DNA of 64,000 nt from Laetmonice hystrix (GCA_965235115.1 OZ249436.1:7628001-7692000), one strand, 5' to 3'. Positions 40,768 through 55,800 are shown, counted from the first letter of the stretch. The notes: a model not told the origin generated them from the letters alone. Made by a program: numbers and translations.

Positions 40768-41589
40768 CTAAATAAAGGCGACTCGAAAATATTTATGATT
40801 CTTAACTATGACATGGGACTATAAAATCTAAACTAACGATCATGGGGGAGCCTAATTAGTGGTATAGTTAATCCGGAAGCAAATAAGTTCAAAGCCGGAA
40901 GGGACAGTATCATCAGTGGGGAGCGGCGGTCAGCGTGCAATTTTGGCGCCAAAATTCCAACAGTTTACTCTAACAATAACATCGGGTGTTTTCGTAGTAT
41001 CCCAACCACCCGAATTCGAAACATGATTTTGTTTTTATCAAAGAAAACACAGCGAGTTTCTGTGCATAATTTATGCACAATTTCCCCGTTTCGCGTTTGT
41101 AGAGTTGTTGGGCTTGCAGTTGCATGGGATGCAAGGCATTCGATTCGACCGCCAAACCCAGAGATTTCGAAATTGGAAGTGTTCTAGCGTGAATGGCACC
41201 ATAACATCTATATTTTCCGTGTCACCATAGTTCTGCTACAATACAACACCTGTTTAGAATCTTTCGAAATATTTTTAGGGCACCAATATCCGTTATTAAA
41301 TCCTTGGTTTGGAACATCATGAGAGTCGGTCACGATATCTAGGGCAAATCCAAAATGGCGCCTATAAACAAAGCCAATGCCGGGAAATGGCGGAACAATC
41401 CTCGGCATAAAACACCATTTTCTACCACATAAAATTGACACAGGTGTTCCAAACAACTACCGATCGGGTCTTACTACTCTAATCTCTGTGATCGTTCTTT
41501 TCATTTATTGTAAAACACTCTATTTACTTTATAAGACAGTCTTACCTTATCGGAGTTACGCTTTTCTCGTTCACGTATGGATTCTCGCA

Positions 41590-41780
41590 ACGAACTGTGG
41601 AAGTGCGCTCATTATGCAAAATTATATTTATACCTCGGTTCGACGTCACCTTGTACGAGATAAATTGATTGGTCCAGAAAAGAGCGCTGTGGTTGGACAG
41701 AAATCCTCCTCTCTGATTGGTTCTTTCGCAACGGTAACTCGAATTCTGATTGGACCATTTTTCTGTCTTCTGATTGGTCT
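41590..41780 (-). promoter_or_regulatory. H3.3 core promoter: TATA, CRE-like site, four CCAAT boxes
   Basis: TATAAATA 41632-41625, CGACGTCA 41641, CCAAT (ATTGG on +) at 41668, 41716, 41749, 41773; donor AG|GTAAG near 41546. Confidence 0.75.
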
Positions 41781-44700
41781 GCACTGACTCGCCGTTTTCC
41801 ACGTAGGCCTACATGCTGCCAAAACTGAATGCACAAAGTCGACGTCCTTCAGCACTATCGTCGGTGCAACACTGACAGTACTACAGCAGGTTATCAGTAA
41901 CGCTAAGCCATAGCAAAGGGGAGCGTATTAGATATCTTGGAGACTTAAACTAAGATAAAATGAAATAAAAGCAAGATATGCTCAATATACATGTATGTAG
42001 TCCCGATAAAGATGCAAAAGTATCTCTCCATCAGCAGCCCTCCCAGACGTCCTCTAAAACAGTCTAAATCCTCTCTAGACTAGTAATAGTATATTCCTCT
42101 ACGCAGGCCTATGTCCTCTCTTTTAAAAATAAGCTATTGTTTTCTTTTTGAAGAATTTGTCCTCTATGTCTACTACTAATTCAGTGACAATTCCGAAAAG
42201 GCAAATTGTAGTGATGGAAATAAGTGATTTTTTGTATAAATAACTCTTGTCCTTGAGGCATTTCCCAGGGAGGGTCAAATGATGCCTTTATTGGTTTTGG
42301 AGCACTTTTTCCGAATGCACTCGGTCAAAAATAAACCATCAATCATGTAAACACCAATACATGATGCGTAAACATATATCTCCTCCCAGATCCAAATATG
42401 CGGACCAAGTCATAAATAGTAAACAAAAACAAGCATCAAAAATATGCCTATAATAGGCTATTTGAGTAAAAAAAAAAAAAAGTATTAGGGCCTAGGCCAA
42501 ATGTTCTCCATTGTTCAGTTCAGTAAACTACTTTTATTTTTTGATGGTAATTGAGTCTAACAGACATTAGGCCTACTTATAAATGTATGTAGGCCTACAT
42601 TATGGAAGATATTTCATTCACTTTTATTTTGAAGTTGAATTCTTTTTAAATCATACATTGTAGGCTAGGCTTAAAGTGTCCTCTGAGTCCTCTTTTTTTT
42701 TTATTATTATTACTGTCCTCTAAAAAATGTACTATAATTGTCCTTTAAATTTTATAATGGAGCCTCCAGGGAAGGCCTGCGTTAGGACAATAGGCCTAGT
42801 TGCCATACCACCTATAGGTCTATAGATAGGCTACCGCATCAAGAGTTCTGATTACTAAAAATCTACCGCTTTTGTACTGTTGTTCCATATTTTATGCAAA
42901 AGTTAAGTAGGCCCACTTTTGCTTTTAGAGCCGGAAATCTTGAAGCTCAGCTCTTGAATTTTTTTTTTTTTAATTTGACTTTTTGACTAAATTCTGGGAA
43001 CTTGATTTTCATCCTATAGATTGCAGGAGAATGCATGATTTGCACATTGAAATAAATAGATAGGATATAAAAAAACAAACCTGTTCCGGACCTCACGCTC
43101 CAGTACACTGCCCTTACAAGTCCCAAAATCCCGAATCTGACCCTGCATATGATAGGGGCTACACAGGATCCAGCAGCAGTACGGTAGGCCTAGCCCTAAC
43201 GTTAGGGCTATAATTATAAGGGAGCGGCAAATTATCACCTGCCCTCCCCAGGGGCGGATGCAGAATTGTTTCTTAATTACTTTCTACTTTCTAATATATA
43301 TATATATGTTCCCCTAGAAAAGAATGAAAAATTGGAGTGCTTTATTGCGTTTTCGGCCGGATGATTACCCTGGCCGTTGGAACACTTCGCAGGGTTCCGA
43401 CAGGGGGCTTTGTTGCAGAAACAGGCTTTTAGACCTGTGCAAAGCTGTATGTAAAGAAAAGGCGGTCATATGGAGGCGTGACATGCTGTAGGCCTACATT
43501 ATCATGTTAATAAAAGCGTCAAACTTTCATCTACCAATATGTCTGGACGGATTTGCTGCACTTAATTAAACGTTCGTTTCTGGTCAACCTTTATGTGCAT
43601 ACTATATTTTTGATAGACCTATCGTTATATGCCCAGTTCATGACGTAGCGCTCTGCCCCTGTTGGGCGATTTTTTTACCAGTTTTTCTTAATCGACGTCC
43701 CTCCCCTTTTCTAGATTACTCCCACATTTTTTTTGCGGACTCCTAAATTTTGCAACTTGGGAGTCCTGCTGACTCCTAAAAAATCTACCCCTAGCTAGTA
43801 TAAAACACAACGGTGGATCTACAAACCCGAACAGAATTCTCTGGGGAAAAATAAATCAAGACGTCTCCTTGGTATGTATCAATTTATTATCATTTCCTGA
43901 TTTTAATACTTGTCATGCAAACGTATGCGTGATCGCATAATTTGATCCCATTATGAAATGATGTTCAGCCAGTCTAATACCTAGCTTGCCAGACAATTTC
44001 TCTCTCCATCACACAGTCAAATTCAGAATTCCTGACAACAAAGTAGGCTCAGTAAATGCTTTCTTTTTCAGCAAAACAAAATTGTCAGTTATATGGCCGA
44101 GACATCTGCCAATGAAATGACGAGGAAGAATAAGTTTGGGGCAAACCACTTAATGATGAAGTATACGATTAATCCCACAGCAGTAAGGATAGATATCTTC
44201 AAGATCCGATCCTGGAAAGTGTTTCAAGATAACCATACCATAATGGCGTATGAGCCAAGTCGTTCAGACTCTTCAATCTTTTCACACATATTAAACCCAC
44301 TACAGTTATATAGATATAAACTATACAATGGAATAAGAGTACAGGTGGAAGCAAAGAAAACTCCTCGTAAATTGTATGCAACTTTGACACGTGTCCACCC
44401 TTCTAATTTTACTTGTCAGGATTATCTTAAGCACAGCTACGATACACAGTGTGTACACTTAAAAGTAAACTTCCCGACTCTGATAAGCAACCTGGTGATG
44501 ACACTTACTATTTATAGTATTAGCGACGTAATCATAAATCCATAATTTTACTTCAATGGTACCACCAGTCATGATCAAGCGGGTGGGTGTCACCCATGCC
44601 AACCTGTTTCCACTACGAAAAATGAGGTCCCCACATTTCATTCCTCATAACACAGCATCTCTCAGAAAGTTTTTCTCATTATTTTGAAATGTTCCAAGCC

Positions 44701-45507
44701 AAATTTAAAATCCTCCGCATCCTCTAACCATCCTGTGATATGAACTGGATCTGGGATGGAAACCTTTGAAACGACATCAACGACCAGAACATGCCATAAT
44801 TCTAAAGGAACCATATGGCTACCAAATGCTAGTTATCTCTCCATCCAAAAACACGTATATAAATTTCTCCTGGAAACAATTTCACGCGTCTCTCTCGTTC
44901 TAACTCTTTCAGACATAAAATTTTGGAATCAATAGACTACAACTTGACACAAACATAACTAGCTGCCATATCTGTCGTATAAGAACATTTCGAGAAGTGC
45001 CGTGTCGTCTCTTGAATTGCACATACCTCATTCCTTCGTATTGTCTGTAGTAAAATCGGACTCAAGCCTTTCACTTACTACTTAAGCACCATTTTTCTTT
45101 TTCACTCAAATAAGCAGTTACTGGTAAGTCCCTCGGCTATGCAGGTCGGCAAAATTTCTTTCAAATCTAGGGTGCATTACATTTCAACCCAAGGTGTTGT
45201 TTTGGAATCCATTATACATCTACCGGATGCTACTAGTATAATGGTGTAATGAAGCATTCTTTCAGCAGAAATGTCAGAATATACGAAACTGTCACCAGGA
45301 CACAACGGCTAGCATAACTTGAAGAAACCTAGCAGTTACCCATGTGGAGAAAGGGTTCCTATGACCTTTGAGGATTGATGGAGTTCAAGAGTACAGGTTA
45401 CAGTGACGTTGCACTTTGCACGTCATTATACGTCATTATGCCACCTGGGCAACTACTGGGCCTCTGATAGTGCAATTTAAATCAGTTTGTGTTCTTGTCC
45501 TGCCAAG

Positions 45508-45898
45508 TTAAAACAATCACCGAGTGAATATCTCTCATTTAAATTCCAATCAATTTCAATGATTCCAAAATGCAGACATGGCTATGAGGTGAGATAATGC
45601 CTTAGACTACATAAATCAATAAATGTTTACCCACAGAAATGGAGAAATCTAATGAAATTCAACATTCCAGTTGCCTGTTGTCGCCTGGCTGTTCAAGTCA
45701 ATGCCAGGTCAACAACCTGCCATGAGACGTTCGCTTGATGGCGAAAACAGGCAACTGGAATGTTAACTTTTCTTAGATTTCTCCATTTCTGTGGGTAAAC
45801 ATTTACTGATTTATGAAGTCTAAGGCCTTATCTAACCTAACAGCCTATGTCTGTATTTTGGAGTCATTGAAATGAGAGTTACTCGGTGATTGTTTTAA
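45508..45898. repeat. Long inverted repeat (arms about 160-175 bp, spacer about 55 bp)
   Basis: TTAAAACAATCACCGAGT...CCAGTTGCCTGTTGTCGCC pairs with GGCGAAAACAGGCAACTGG...ACTCGGTGATTGTTTTAA. Confidence 0.92.
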
Positions 45899-46825
45899 TC
45901 TTCTACAGTCTGCTGGTCACTTTCTAAGGTCTACAAAGTCTTGTGATCATCCATGACCATCCAAGATCCACAATAGGTTCTACTCAGTCGTAACTGACAA
46001 CTGTTTTGATGAGCTCTTAGTTGTTTCATGCTATCTTGATCAGACTTGTTCACAAAGCTTCAATTTTTCAAAATTACCAGAAGAGCTCTTCACAAGATAT
46101 AAAGATATATGGCCCTTTTGGTCATGGATCTGATCGTCAGTGTAACTGATTGTTTGTCTATTTAATACCAAGACACGTTTTATTAAAAGATTGCAATCAA
46201 GCAATTGTCCTAATACCATTCTGTCTTGACAATAATTTGAAGTCATGCTATTGATTTCTAAAGCCATCAACATGAAAAGAAATGCACTAGAATATTTTCA
46301 TGAAAATCTACTGAGCCTGTTCATGATAATTAAGGAATTGCGTTTACCCATTCAATGCAGAAACTCGGTGTGGTAGGTAACAACTAAATACACAGTTATT
46401 ACAAGTAAGCTCAAAATAACATAGAAACTGCTCTTTTACATTTCACACCATCAGATACTAGAGGCAAGACGCCAAGTTAAGTATCCTAAATGTTTATCCA
46501 ATTTGTATTATATGACCTAGCAGAAATACATTGACCAAGTCAGATCTGATGCCCATTTAATTCTTTTTCCAAGTACTATCAGTCCATGTATACAAATTAC
46601 AATCTGAATCATCAAAATGCCTGTCTGTCGTAACGCCCAAGTTGTCAGTTCCACCTAAAATACATTAAGATTAGCACAAAGGTATACAATCAGGGTAATC
46701 CTTGCTATGCTATGGTCACCTAATCAATTTTTTGGATAATTTAAAACACTGTGTAAAAATAAACTTGATATCAGCATGCTATCTTGTAGCAACTAGTAAG
46801 GTGAAGATCCTAGGGATTGCCCTAA

Positions 46826-49800
46826 CTACATGGGCATTACTATGCTGGAACGGTGCTGAATCTGAGCATGGCAGTAAGGACAATCGCTCCGGTTGGCTGC
46901 ACACCCATCGCACAGGACATAGTGATTACACGGACGAATCATCACTGTGCGATTCTTGTCCTGACAAACTAAGCATTTCATTGCTGTATGTTGAAATATG
47001 ATCTGCAAAATCAAAGAGAAGAAATCTTTAAGCTTTACCAGTTTGACAAAAGGTTAAACACAGACACTTGACATACAGAAAAGTTACTTCCTTATTTACA
47101 GCAACAATGGGCAACTGGTTGGGGATTTCACGCCCCGTCAGCATTCGTGGGCCAACTAAAGGGTCAGAATGCATTCAAAGGCAAAATTAGCCTCGCACTA
47201 CTTGGCCTCGGTACATGTACTTACATTAGCTGAAGAATTCAAGAACTAGACTGCAAAACAAGTTCCCCTAACATACTGACCTTCTCTATTGTGTCACAAT
47301 CTACTCGAAGCTGTGTTTGAATTTGTTTCAACGCATTGATTGGAAGGTGTTCTAGTTCGCTGGTACGCTGAAGGCATCGCAAGAAGGGCCCTCCTCCACG
47401 CAGCATTTCAAGGTCCATCTTCAGTTTGTTCACCTGGGCAATGGCCTGGTGGGGGAGAAAAAGGAGACATATATACTCAATATTTGTTTCCAATTTAAAA
47501 ACATAAACCTCTCATTATTCATACAACTCCATTACTTGAATCTGTTTAAAAAGGCACCCATTACACCCCCGATCTAACGATCTAACTGCAATGAAAAGTC
47601 CTGGTTATCATCCATTCTAAATACTGAAGTGCAACAAAATCAATACTGTAAGTTGTAACAGTACTAATGGCACGAGTCGGACATCAGGTCCATCAACCTT
47701 TCAAATATAAAATATGACATTATATCATAAGGTTTTGCAGCAACAAGTTAACATGACAACACAAAACCACTGATTAGACTAACCTCATCTCTCTGTTTCA
47801 TATACTGCTGTTTATCCTCCTCGCAGCCCTTAGCTTTACGTGTTGCCTCCTCCGCCTCTTTTTTCCAAGCTTCACATGCCTGCATCACGAGAAATACAGG
47901 AAAATAGCAACTGTCTGCTACAAACATTTTATATACCCTCAACACATACCATCAGTTTCATGGCATCGTAACACACTTCTTCACGAAGACCAACTTACAA
48001 CAGCATGTTTATCATTGCCTTCTGTACTACCGGTAAATGCTAACAAATAAACTAAAAAGAAATGATCAACTCTAAAACCATTGCCATTCTATACTAGGTA
48101 ACTGTCCTCAGCAATGATTGTGTCTAAAGCAAATAAATCTTACATTTCTTGCCTGAGCTATGCCTTCTTCCCATTGGCTCAACTTGGCCTTGTTGGTGGT
48201 CAGTTCCTCCCTTAATCGATGGACTTCTCCAATCCCATTCATTGAATTGAACCCAGAGGAGGCCAGCATTGGTGACTGGGACATGCTGCTACTGCGCGGT
48301 GACATGGAGTTAAAGTCAGCATATCCCGGGGCTGAATACTTCCCTGGATTGGGCTGGCTGAGGAAAGCTGCTGCTGCCTGCAGGTCAAAACACAACAAAT
48401 CATGTCATACAAGTCTTCTCACTTTCTGCAGAGCATCTGACGATAAAAACTTCAGCAATTCTGAATCCTCTATTTTTATATTACTGAAGTAAAATTACGA
48501 GTTGTCATCTTACCTGTTCAAGTTGGAGTTCCTGTTTATGCTGCTCTTGAATATGCTGTGGTATGAACGGAGGCGGGAGGGATCCAATGGGTGATGCAAC
48601 TGGCGACTGTGAGAGACTGCCCAAACTGTTTCTCTGCATCCCTCCCGATGGGATAGTCACCGGCACTGATGTGGCAAAGTACGCTGTACACATTGCAAAC
48701 AGGTATATTACACTGAAAGTACTCAGCCATATCTAATCATGGCTCTTGTACATTGGTGAAAAGCTTCCCATTTTACAATAAGGATAAATAATTCACTTTG
48801 TATTCTATGATTAGCCTAATTTCCATCATCCTTTCATTCTAAGTGCTAAGCCCTCCATTAGCAAGAATTAAATTGCCTCAGCCTCAGACAATAAACTTAC
48901 ATGAGGATGCTGGAAAACCAGTGCTAAGTGAGCTGCACACCGAGTTGGTATCGTTATCATTGTCCTTCTGCAAGTCACGGTCAATGGATGACAAACTCAG
49001 CTCTCCTAGGTTCAAGTCCTCATCCAGAGCGTTCCCTGCAAGCATGTAATACTGACCTCAAGTATGGTAACCATATTTGCCGCCAGATGGCAGCACCTAT
49101 TCACTACCTGACCCAGATGACAAGGTGGGGGAGGGGGGCGGTGGAAGGGAATTCCCATGCTCTACCGCGATGGTGGATACGCATCACTGCCTTGCTACTG
49201 CATATTTCTAGCAATCATTTTGGACCATTACCGTATACAGAATATTGATACGCATAGAAAACCATGAACCTGATGAAAAACACATGGTTCTAACTTTTGC
49301 TGCAATGTTTAAATGGCTTTAGAATTATCTCATTTTTCTGAGTGTATCACCTGTATAAATCACTTGTAATGTACTGTTTGGCTATAAATACATAGAATTC
49401 TATAAATTAGTCCCTCGATGCCTCCCTTAGCACACAACACAAGGGAACAACAGTTTCCACTTTATTTCAAAGTTTTGTAGAACTGACCAGGTTGATAACT
49501 GGACATGCTTTCTGAATTTTTCTTTTCTTTGCGGGCAATAATTAAGTACTGACAAATCAATGACCTTTCCTTAGGAATCTACTGATTAAAGTACACTGTA
49601 TTTCACAAATTGTATAATGGGGAAAAAACAATTCTGATATTAAACTCCCTACAACTTGATTTGAATGTTTTTAGCGGTAAGGCCTGTTTGCACTGACCTA
49701 TGACACTCTCCACAGTGTCCAGTGGTGGGTAGAATGAGGGTGCATTGGGTGACATGGTAGATGATATGGTGGAGGTGGGTGTCGTGGGCGAGGAGCCAAG

Positions 49801-52800
49801 GGTGACACCAGCTCCGCCGCCTCCGCCGTTCGTACCGCCGTTGGTACCAGTTCCGTTACCACCTGTCAGGTTGTGAAGCAGTAGCAGGTTCTGCTTCCTT
49901 TTTTTCTTCTCTCCCTGATCAAGGCTTACGTCATCCTCAATAGCCTGCAGCTGAGCTCGGAGCTTGGCCTGGAAAACGTGCTGAAACAAGCAGCAATAGC
50001 ATGAGATTTAGGTCGTCTGATAGAGGTTAGGAACTGAGTGTTAACAATCTCAGTCCTGGTGACAGTTACCACACTATTTCTTTTTTTTTACGACACTGTA
50101 TTGTAAGGAAAGAAAAATCCAAAATCAAACCTTTAATTTTGTAATACCCCATGAAATTGCATTTTTTTTAAACCACTTGATTGTACCACTTTGTCCAAAA
50201 TAATAAGTCTTAAAGTCTTGAGTGTGAGAATGTCCAAAATAATAAATCTTAAAGTCTTGACTGCATTGTTTCTCGGTGGTAGTTTTTGTGTGGCTCTGCC
50301 CTGACATTACTACGTCAAGTTGTATCTGGAAGAGGCAACACCGAATCTACAGTATGGTTGCCAGTGTTCAGGCCCTGATTTTGGCCGTAGCTGATAATGT
50401 CACTATGTGCGCAGAGTGGACCTTGTGCCTATGCTCACCAGGTACGGATGTCTGAGCTGCTGCTGGTGGTGTATGCTGCTGGTGGAGATGACCCCTACCT
50501 GAGCGTCCTCCCTCTCTGACCCTGGAGCACGCCCGTAGGGAGACCCACCAAGGAACTCCTGACCGGCATTAGAATTCCCCCCACTACACCCTGAAGAGAA
50601 GCTGCCCGAGCGGCCCTTGCCAATGGGACCAAGTGGCTCAACGAGACCCATCAGTCCACTGTGGCCATCATGGCTGCTGCTGCCAGACGCCTGTAAAGGA
50701 ACAAAATGTTGAATAAAAAAGGATTTCTACTCCAGTCGCCAACTATTGCCAACTGGGAATTGTACAATGACTGATCGTTGGGGCATAAGGATGGGACATC
50801 GCCAGGAGAACTCAGTCAGTGTCAAGGTCTACTACATGTCCTGGGCTTACAGCCAAGTTGGTGACTTGACTGTGAAACAGGCCTTATACACTTAACATTT
50901 CCTAGTGCCAACTTTTTCTGTACAAACTAACCACAGAGGACAGGTACCCCTGGTCAGCATTCTCTACATGTATTTTAAAAACTTCCTGATCCTGTGTCTC
51001 TTCCCCACTTTCACATCAGTAAATGAGTTTTCTTGTACATAACACCTGTATTTACTCCCATGATGTTGTACATAACACCAGTAGTTACTCACATGATATT
51101 GTACATAAAACCCGTAGTTACTCATGTGATGTTGTACATAACACCTGTAGTTACTTACGTGATGTTCCCTTTTTTCGCCATTTGTTCTGAATCCTATATC
51201 ATTGTTATTCTTGAAGATGCTCTCTCCATTTTTTTGCACACTCAGAATATGGTCATCATCTTTTCCATTGTTACTGTCTCCATTTTGTTTAGATGGAAGA
51301 GCATTTGTGACGAAGGCCGCCAGAGAATTGTTGGCACATGCTGTTGCTAACTCACGTTGTGTTGTCATTTCCTCTGCAGAAAAGAAAATAATAAACCATG
51401 GCCATTCATTTAAAAAATCATCAACACTTTTACTGATCACAAGGAGTGACAAGGAATGCCGGAAACGTAGCCAATACCAATCTTGTATCAGAGAATTTCA
51501 CCATTGATGTACGTGTAATTACAATTTATGTGAATGAGTTATGGTTTTACACACTGTCGGCAGCATTTCAGTTATGTTCAGGGCGAGAGCAAAACCAACA
51601 AAACTTGTTGAGTCATGAGATCATTGTTACCTTGAGTGTAAAGGAGTACACATGATATTAGAGCAACAAAGAAGTGAGTCTTACGTTCAACATGAGCAAA
51701 AGCACAAAATGGCCCTCTTGGACAATAGCCTGTCTGCACCATGTCATTGCATTTGGTGGACTTGTAAATCTGAAATAAAAATCCAATTACAATTTACTGT
51801 TAATGAATAGCAAGACCCTCACTATTTGGTCGACTATGGCAACTAGTTTTTTAAGCTGAATACAAATATTTCAGGTTGGCAATCCTCAGGAGATTCCACT
51901 TTGGGCCAGATAGCCAGGTAAGCCTAGTTTTGGTTATATTTTGGCTAACAAGACTTGAAAGGCCAAACAAGGCCACTGAATACCATGGCGATCCCAGTAA
52001 CCTCCTACATGAAAACTAGACATATAAAACCACTTTTATTCTCTTGGTAGAACCATGAATGTAAACTCGAGCAACATACTTCAGGATGGAACTGCTGTTC
52101 TGTACGGGTGTGGCAGTAGGCGCAGGCATCACCACTGTCACATTGAGTTGGATCTCCCCAGTCATCGCCATGCTTGACATTGGGACACGGGGTGGACCTT
52201 AACAGAAATCATTGTAAACTCTAGCTCTACCAATATGACTGGGGGCTATAATAAACCGGATCTTCCTCTCTCAACATTAAACTGTATAAAAGATGCATAC
52301 AATGAAACATCATTTCAACAGTCAACTTGGATGTGACTTTTCTTATCAAACACAACGCACTGCAGGAATGAATGAATGACTGCAGGAATAAAGGACTACA
52401 GGAATGAATGAATGAATGAATGACTGCAGGAATAAAAGACTGCAGGAATGAATGAATGAATGATTGTGTTAACCTGCCAGTAGCTATAGGCCATGTTTAG
52501 GACATGTTTTTGTAATGCTCTGGTTGCCATACAGAGGTACTTATGTTACAATATGTTCCAAGGTTGCCAGATTCCTAGAACTTTCAGATTTTTTCTGTTA
52601 AGTGACAAAAATCCCATCTTCCAGTTATTTTATATAATACAGCCATGTTGGAATTTCGGGACGTATATATATTTTACATGGATTCTGACATTGAACAATG
52701 TCAAACTAAAAACATATTATTAAATCTAAGCCCTGAAAGGCATTGGAAGATGCACTCCCCAGTTTGCTTAGGTGAGTGTAACCAATGTCGGGACGAGTTC

Positions 52801-55800
52801 AGAGCCAAATATAATTTGTCTGCCTGGTGACTATCCTCGTAGAGCTGGTTTGAAGAACTTATATCCATACAACTGAATAGTGCTGGGACTAGCAGAACTT
52901 AGAATCTAGTGCAATATGAATTGTCCCCAGTCCTGTGAGCCAGTGGTTGTAAAATATCTTGTGATCCTGGCTTCATCAAATTACTCACCTATATTTGTAC
53001 TTATTTGGGCTACGTCTTCGATCTCTTGAGTTGTGATAGGAAGGGCAGGCATACCCTTGACGACATAATCTAGGTGGACGCTTGCACGGCTCAGTTTTAT
53101 AATTGGCCAAAACAAAATTTGTGTCTGAAATACGATAAAGCACCAAATTAGTAATACAAATTAGCTAAATTCCTACCATTATTATGTAGCATTCAAAAAG
53201 AGACTGAGACTTTGCATGATAATAGATATAGACCTTGACCTCTTTCTTTCCACTGGCAAGTGGCAAACTGTGATGCAGCCAGGTTTTCCAAAGTCCCTAT
53301 TACAAAAAGGGTTACCACAAAAACTCCTTTGTTTACAATGTAAAACCGTGTTGCCCCATTTTACGCTCACCCTTTCAATTATTGGTCGTTTCTAAATCTG
53401 CCAGAATCTATATCCTACAGATCCACACTTGCACCAACACTGTGCTGTCTTTTCCAAACTCATAGTACCAGGGTTATATGTGGCATTTAACATCCCCTCC
53501 CCCACCACCCTACACAAACTTGTGTTCACGGCTCTTACATTGTTCAGCCCTTCTAAAGTCTGAGCGGTAAAATGATTGATTAGATGTATCCTAGAACGTG
53601 ATATAAAATGGTTTCACTTTCACAAGTTTTGTCAACTGAAAAGCATCAGAAAATGTGTCAACGTTGATGTACATGGCAGACATTCCATACGGATTCAGGG
53701 TCATTCACTTATAGTGTAGTGACGGTGTCCCTTTCAACTAAGACACAAACATCAGTCAATGGTGCCAAATCCCCTCTGCCATTTCTTTCATCTTTAGAGG
53801 CGTCAGCACTGCAGGATCCCTGTCAACTATTGTCTTGGAGAAAGCCTTTCTTGGGTGGCCAGGGTCTCTGACCCAACAACCTAAATAAATTCCAATAATT
53901 GTACAGGGTGACCCGTCTCACCTTAGTGTTTGGTCCCCCAGGTGTAAGCTTGAAGAATATTATGTGGGCCAGGTCTCTAATTAACCTGCTTCAGAGGCAT
54001 TAAGCAGGCCTGCCCCTTATCATTATCGATTCAGATTGAAAGCCTCTCTTTAACTACACGACTGGGAAACTTCCAGTTGTTTCCAACCCTCCTTCCAATA
54101 CAAAAAAAAACATTGTTCATGGGCAGTGTTGAATACAATTAAATTACCCGTTTTGCAGGTAAGTACTCTGACTTTCCAAAGCCAGGTAACTAAACGCAAT
54201 TTATGCTGCACTAGACACTGCTAGAATCAGTGCCCCTATAGTCCAGTTGATGTCCAGTTGGCAATACCACCTGAACTGACACTGTCAAATGTAGGTCACG
54301 GCTTCACATTTGGTTCCTAAGTGTGAAAACACAATCATTAATGTCACCCAAATGATTTTAATTCTGCAGCTCAAAATCAGTGGTACAAAGTGGTGCATTT
54401 AATGTCTAAAGATTCCAGACTACACAAAATCCCTGTCATTCGAACTCCAGTTATTAAAGTCGTTGCTGATCTATGATTATCCACTATCTTGGTCGACTTA
54501 GAAAGGATGGTGTATTCAAAAACCCTTCCATTCCAAACAATTCGACCAGCTTTGCACCAGTACAGAGAGTAAAAAATGGCTACTGGTATTTGATATTTGG
54601 CTAAAACGTTGGTTATTATTGAAACTTTTCATATGGAACCTACACCAGTGATCAGTTACATTTATTTACCCCTGGTACCAGGGTATTTATATTATAAATT
54701 AATAATACCAGTACCAGTCACTAGGAGCCACATTATCTTTTTTTGTAGATCCTCTGGTATCTCATATAATTGTATGTGCTGAATGTAAATGTTAATTTTA
54801 TCATGGTTTAATTCAGTATTTCACTTTTTAAAAATTGATGTACCAATCATTAGCAATTACTGGGTTCTCGTTCCAACACAATGTATGTTTCTTCAAATTC
54901 AAACACCTTGGTCCTCAATGCAGTGGCCAGTGTTAAAGTTGCTCCTATTTGAGAATAATAAATTTTATGTATGCTGGAAGTTACCACTGGAAAAATGAAC
55001 CAGTTGCCACACAATATCAATTTTTCAAACTATATACTGCCTCAAAATTAAGTTATCCGTGATATAGTTCTAGGGAACCCTGCCAATGTGGCAAATTAAA
55101 TACCATACAAGTGCAGACCACATAGAATGTATGGCTTCACTCTCTCTGGTATTCTATAGCTGGCCAGCTGGAGCAGTGGCACCGACTACTATTGGTCTAC
55201 ATGAAAACAGGCCAGTGGGTCAGCCGACATATTATCAACAGGCCAGAAAAGTCTTAGGCTCACAAAAACTAAAACGTCACGTGTCATGTCACTCGGTGGT
55301 CATAGAAAGCATTTAAAGATTTTTTGGGCCAGCCTGCTACAATCCAGTAATAATAATGTTAGGCAGACTGTACCAGCCGAGATATTGGTGTGCCATTCAG
55401 TAACTCGGGCTAATCAGAGAAAAGTGATTTGCTTCCCATACAAAATACATAGTGTTGGGTTAGGGTTAGAGTTGGGGAAAACATGATCTATGGAATCAGA
55501 CCGTTGCTAACAGAAACATCAAAGGCACATCAGTGCTGCTCGAGAATCCAAATTATGGCAGGTCATGGTCTGCTTAATCAGAAGGTATTACAGTGTACCA
55601 ATTCAGATGTAACCCCCATTCAGTACCGGTATACCTCTGGTACCGGTACGTTGAAACCAACTTCAACACATCGAGGGTACGAGCTGAGAATAAATCATCT
55701 CTATCAAAGTTATGCAGTGGCCAGTTCTAGCTGTCAGATAATGATATCTGGATAATGAATTTGGGTGTGACTTTGCTGCACTAAAAATGGTATATACTTT

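Noticed and set aside
44093..44545. 150-aa + strand ORF
   Set aside because: No recognisable domain or splice context; lies opposite the probable unkempt 3' region.
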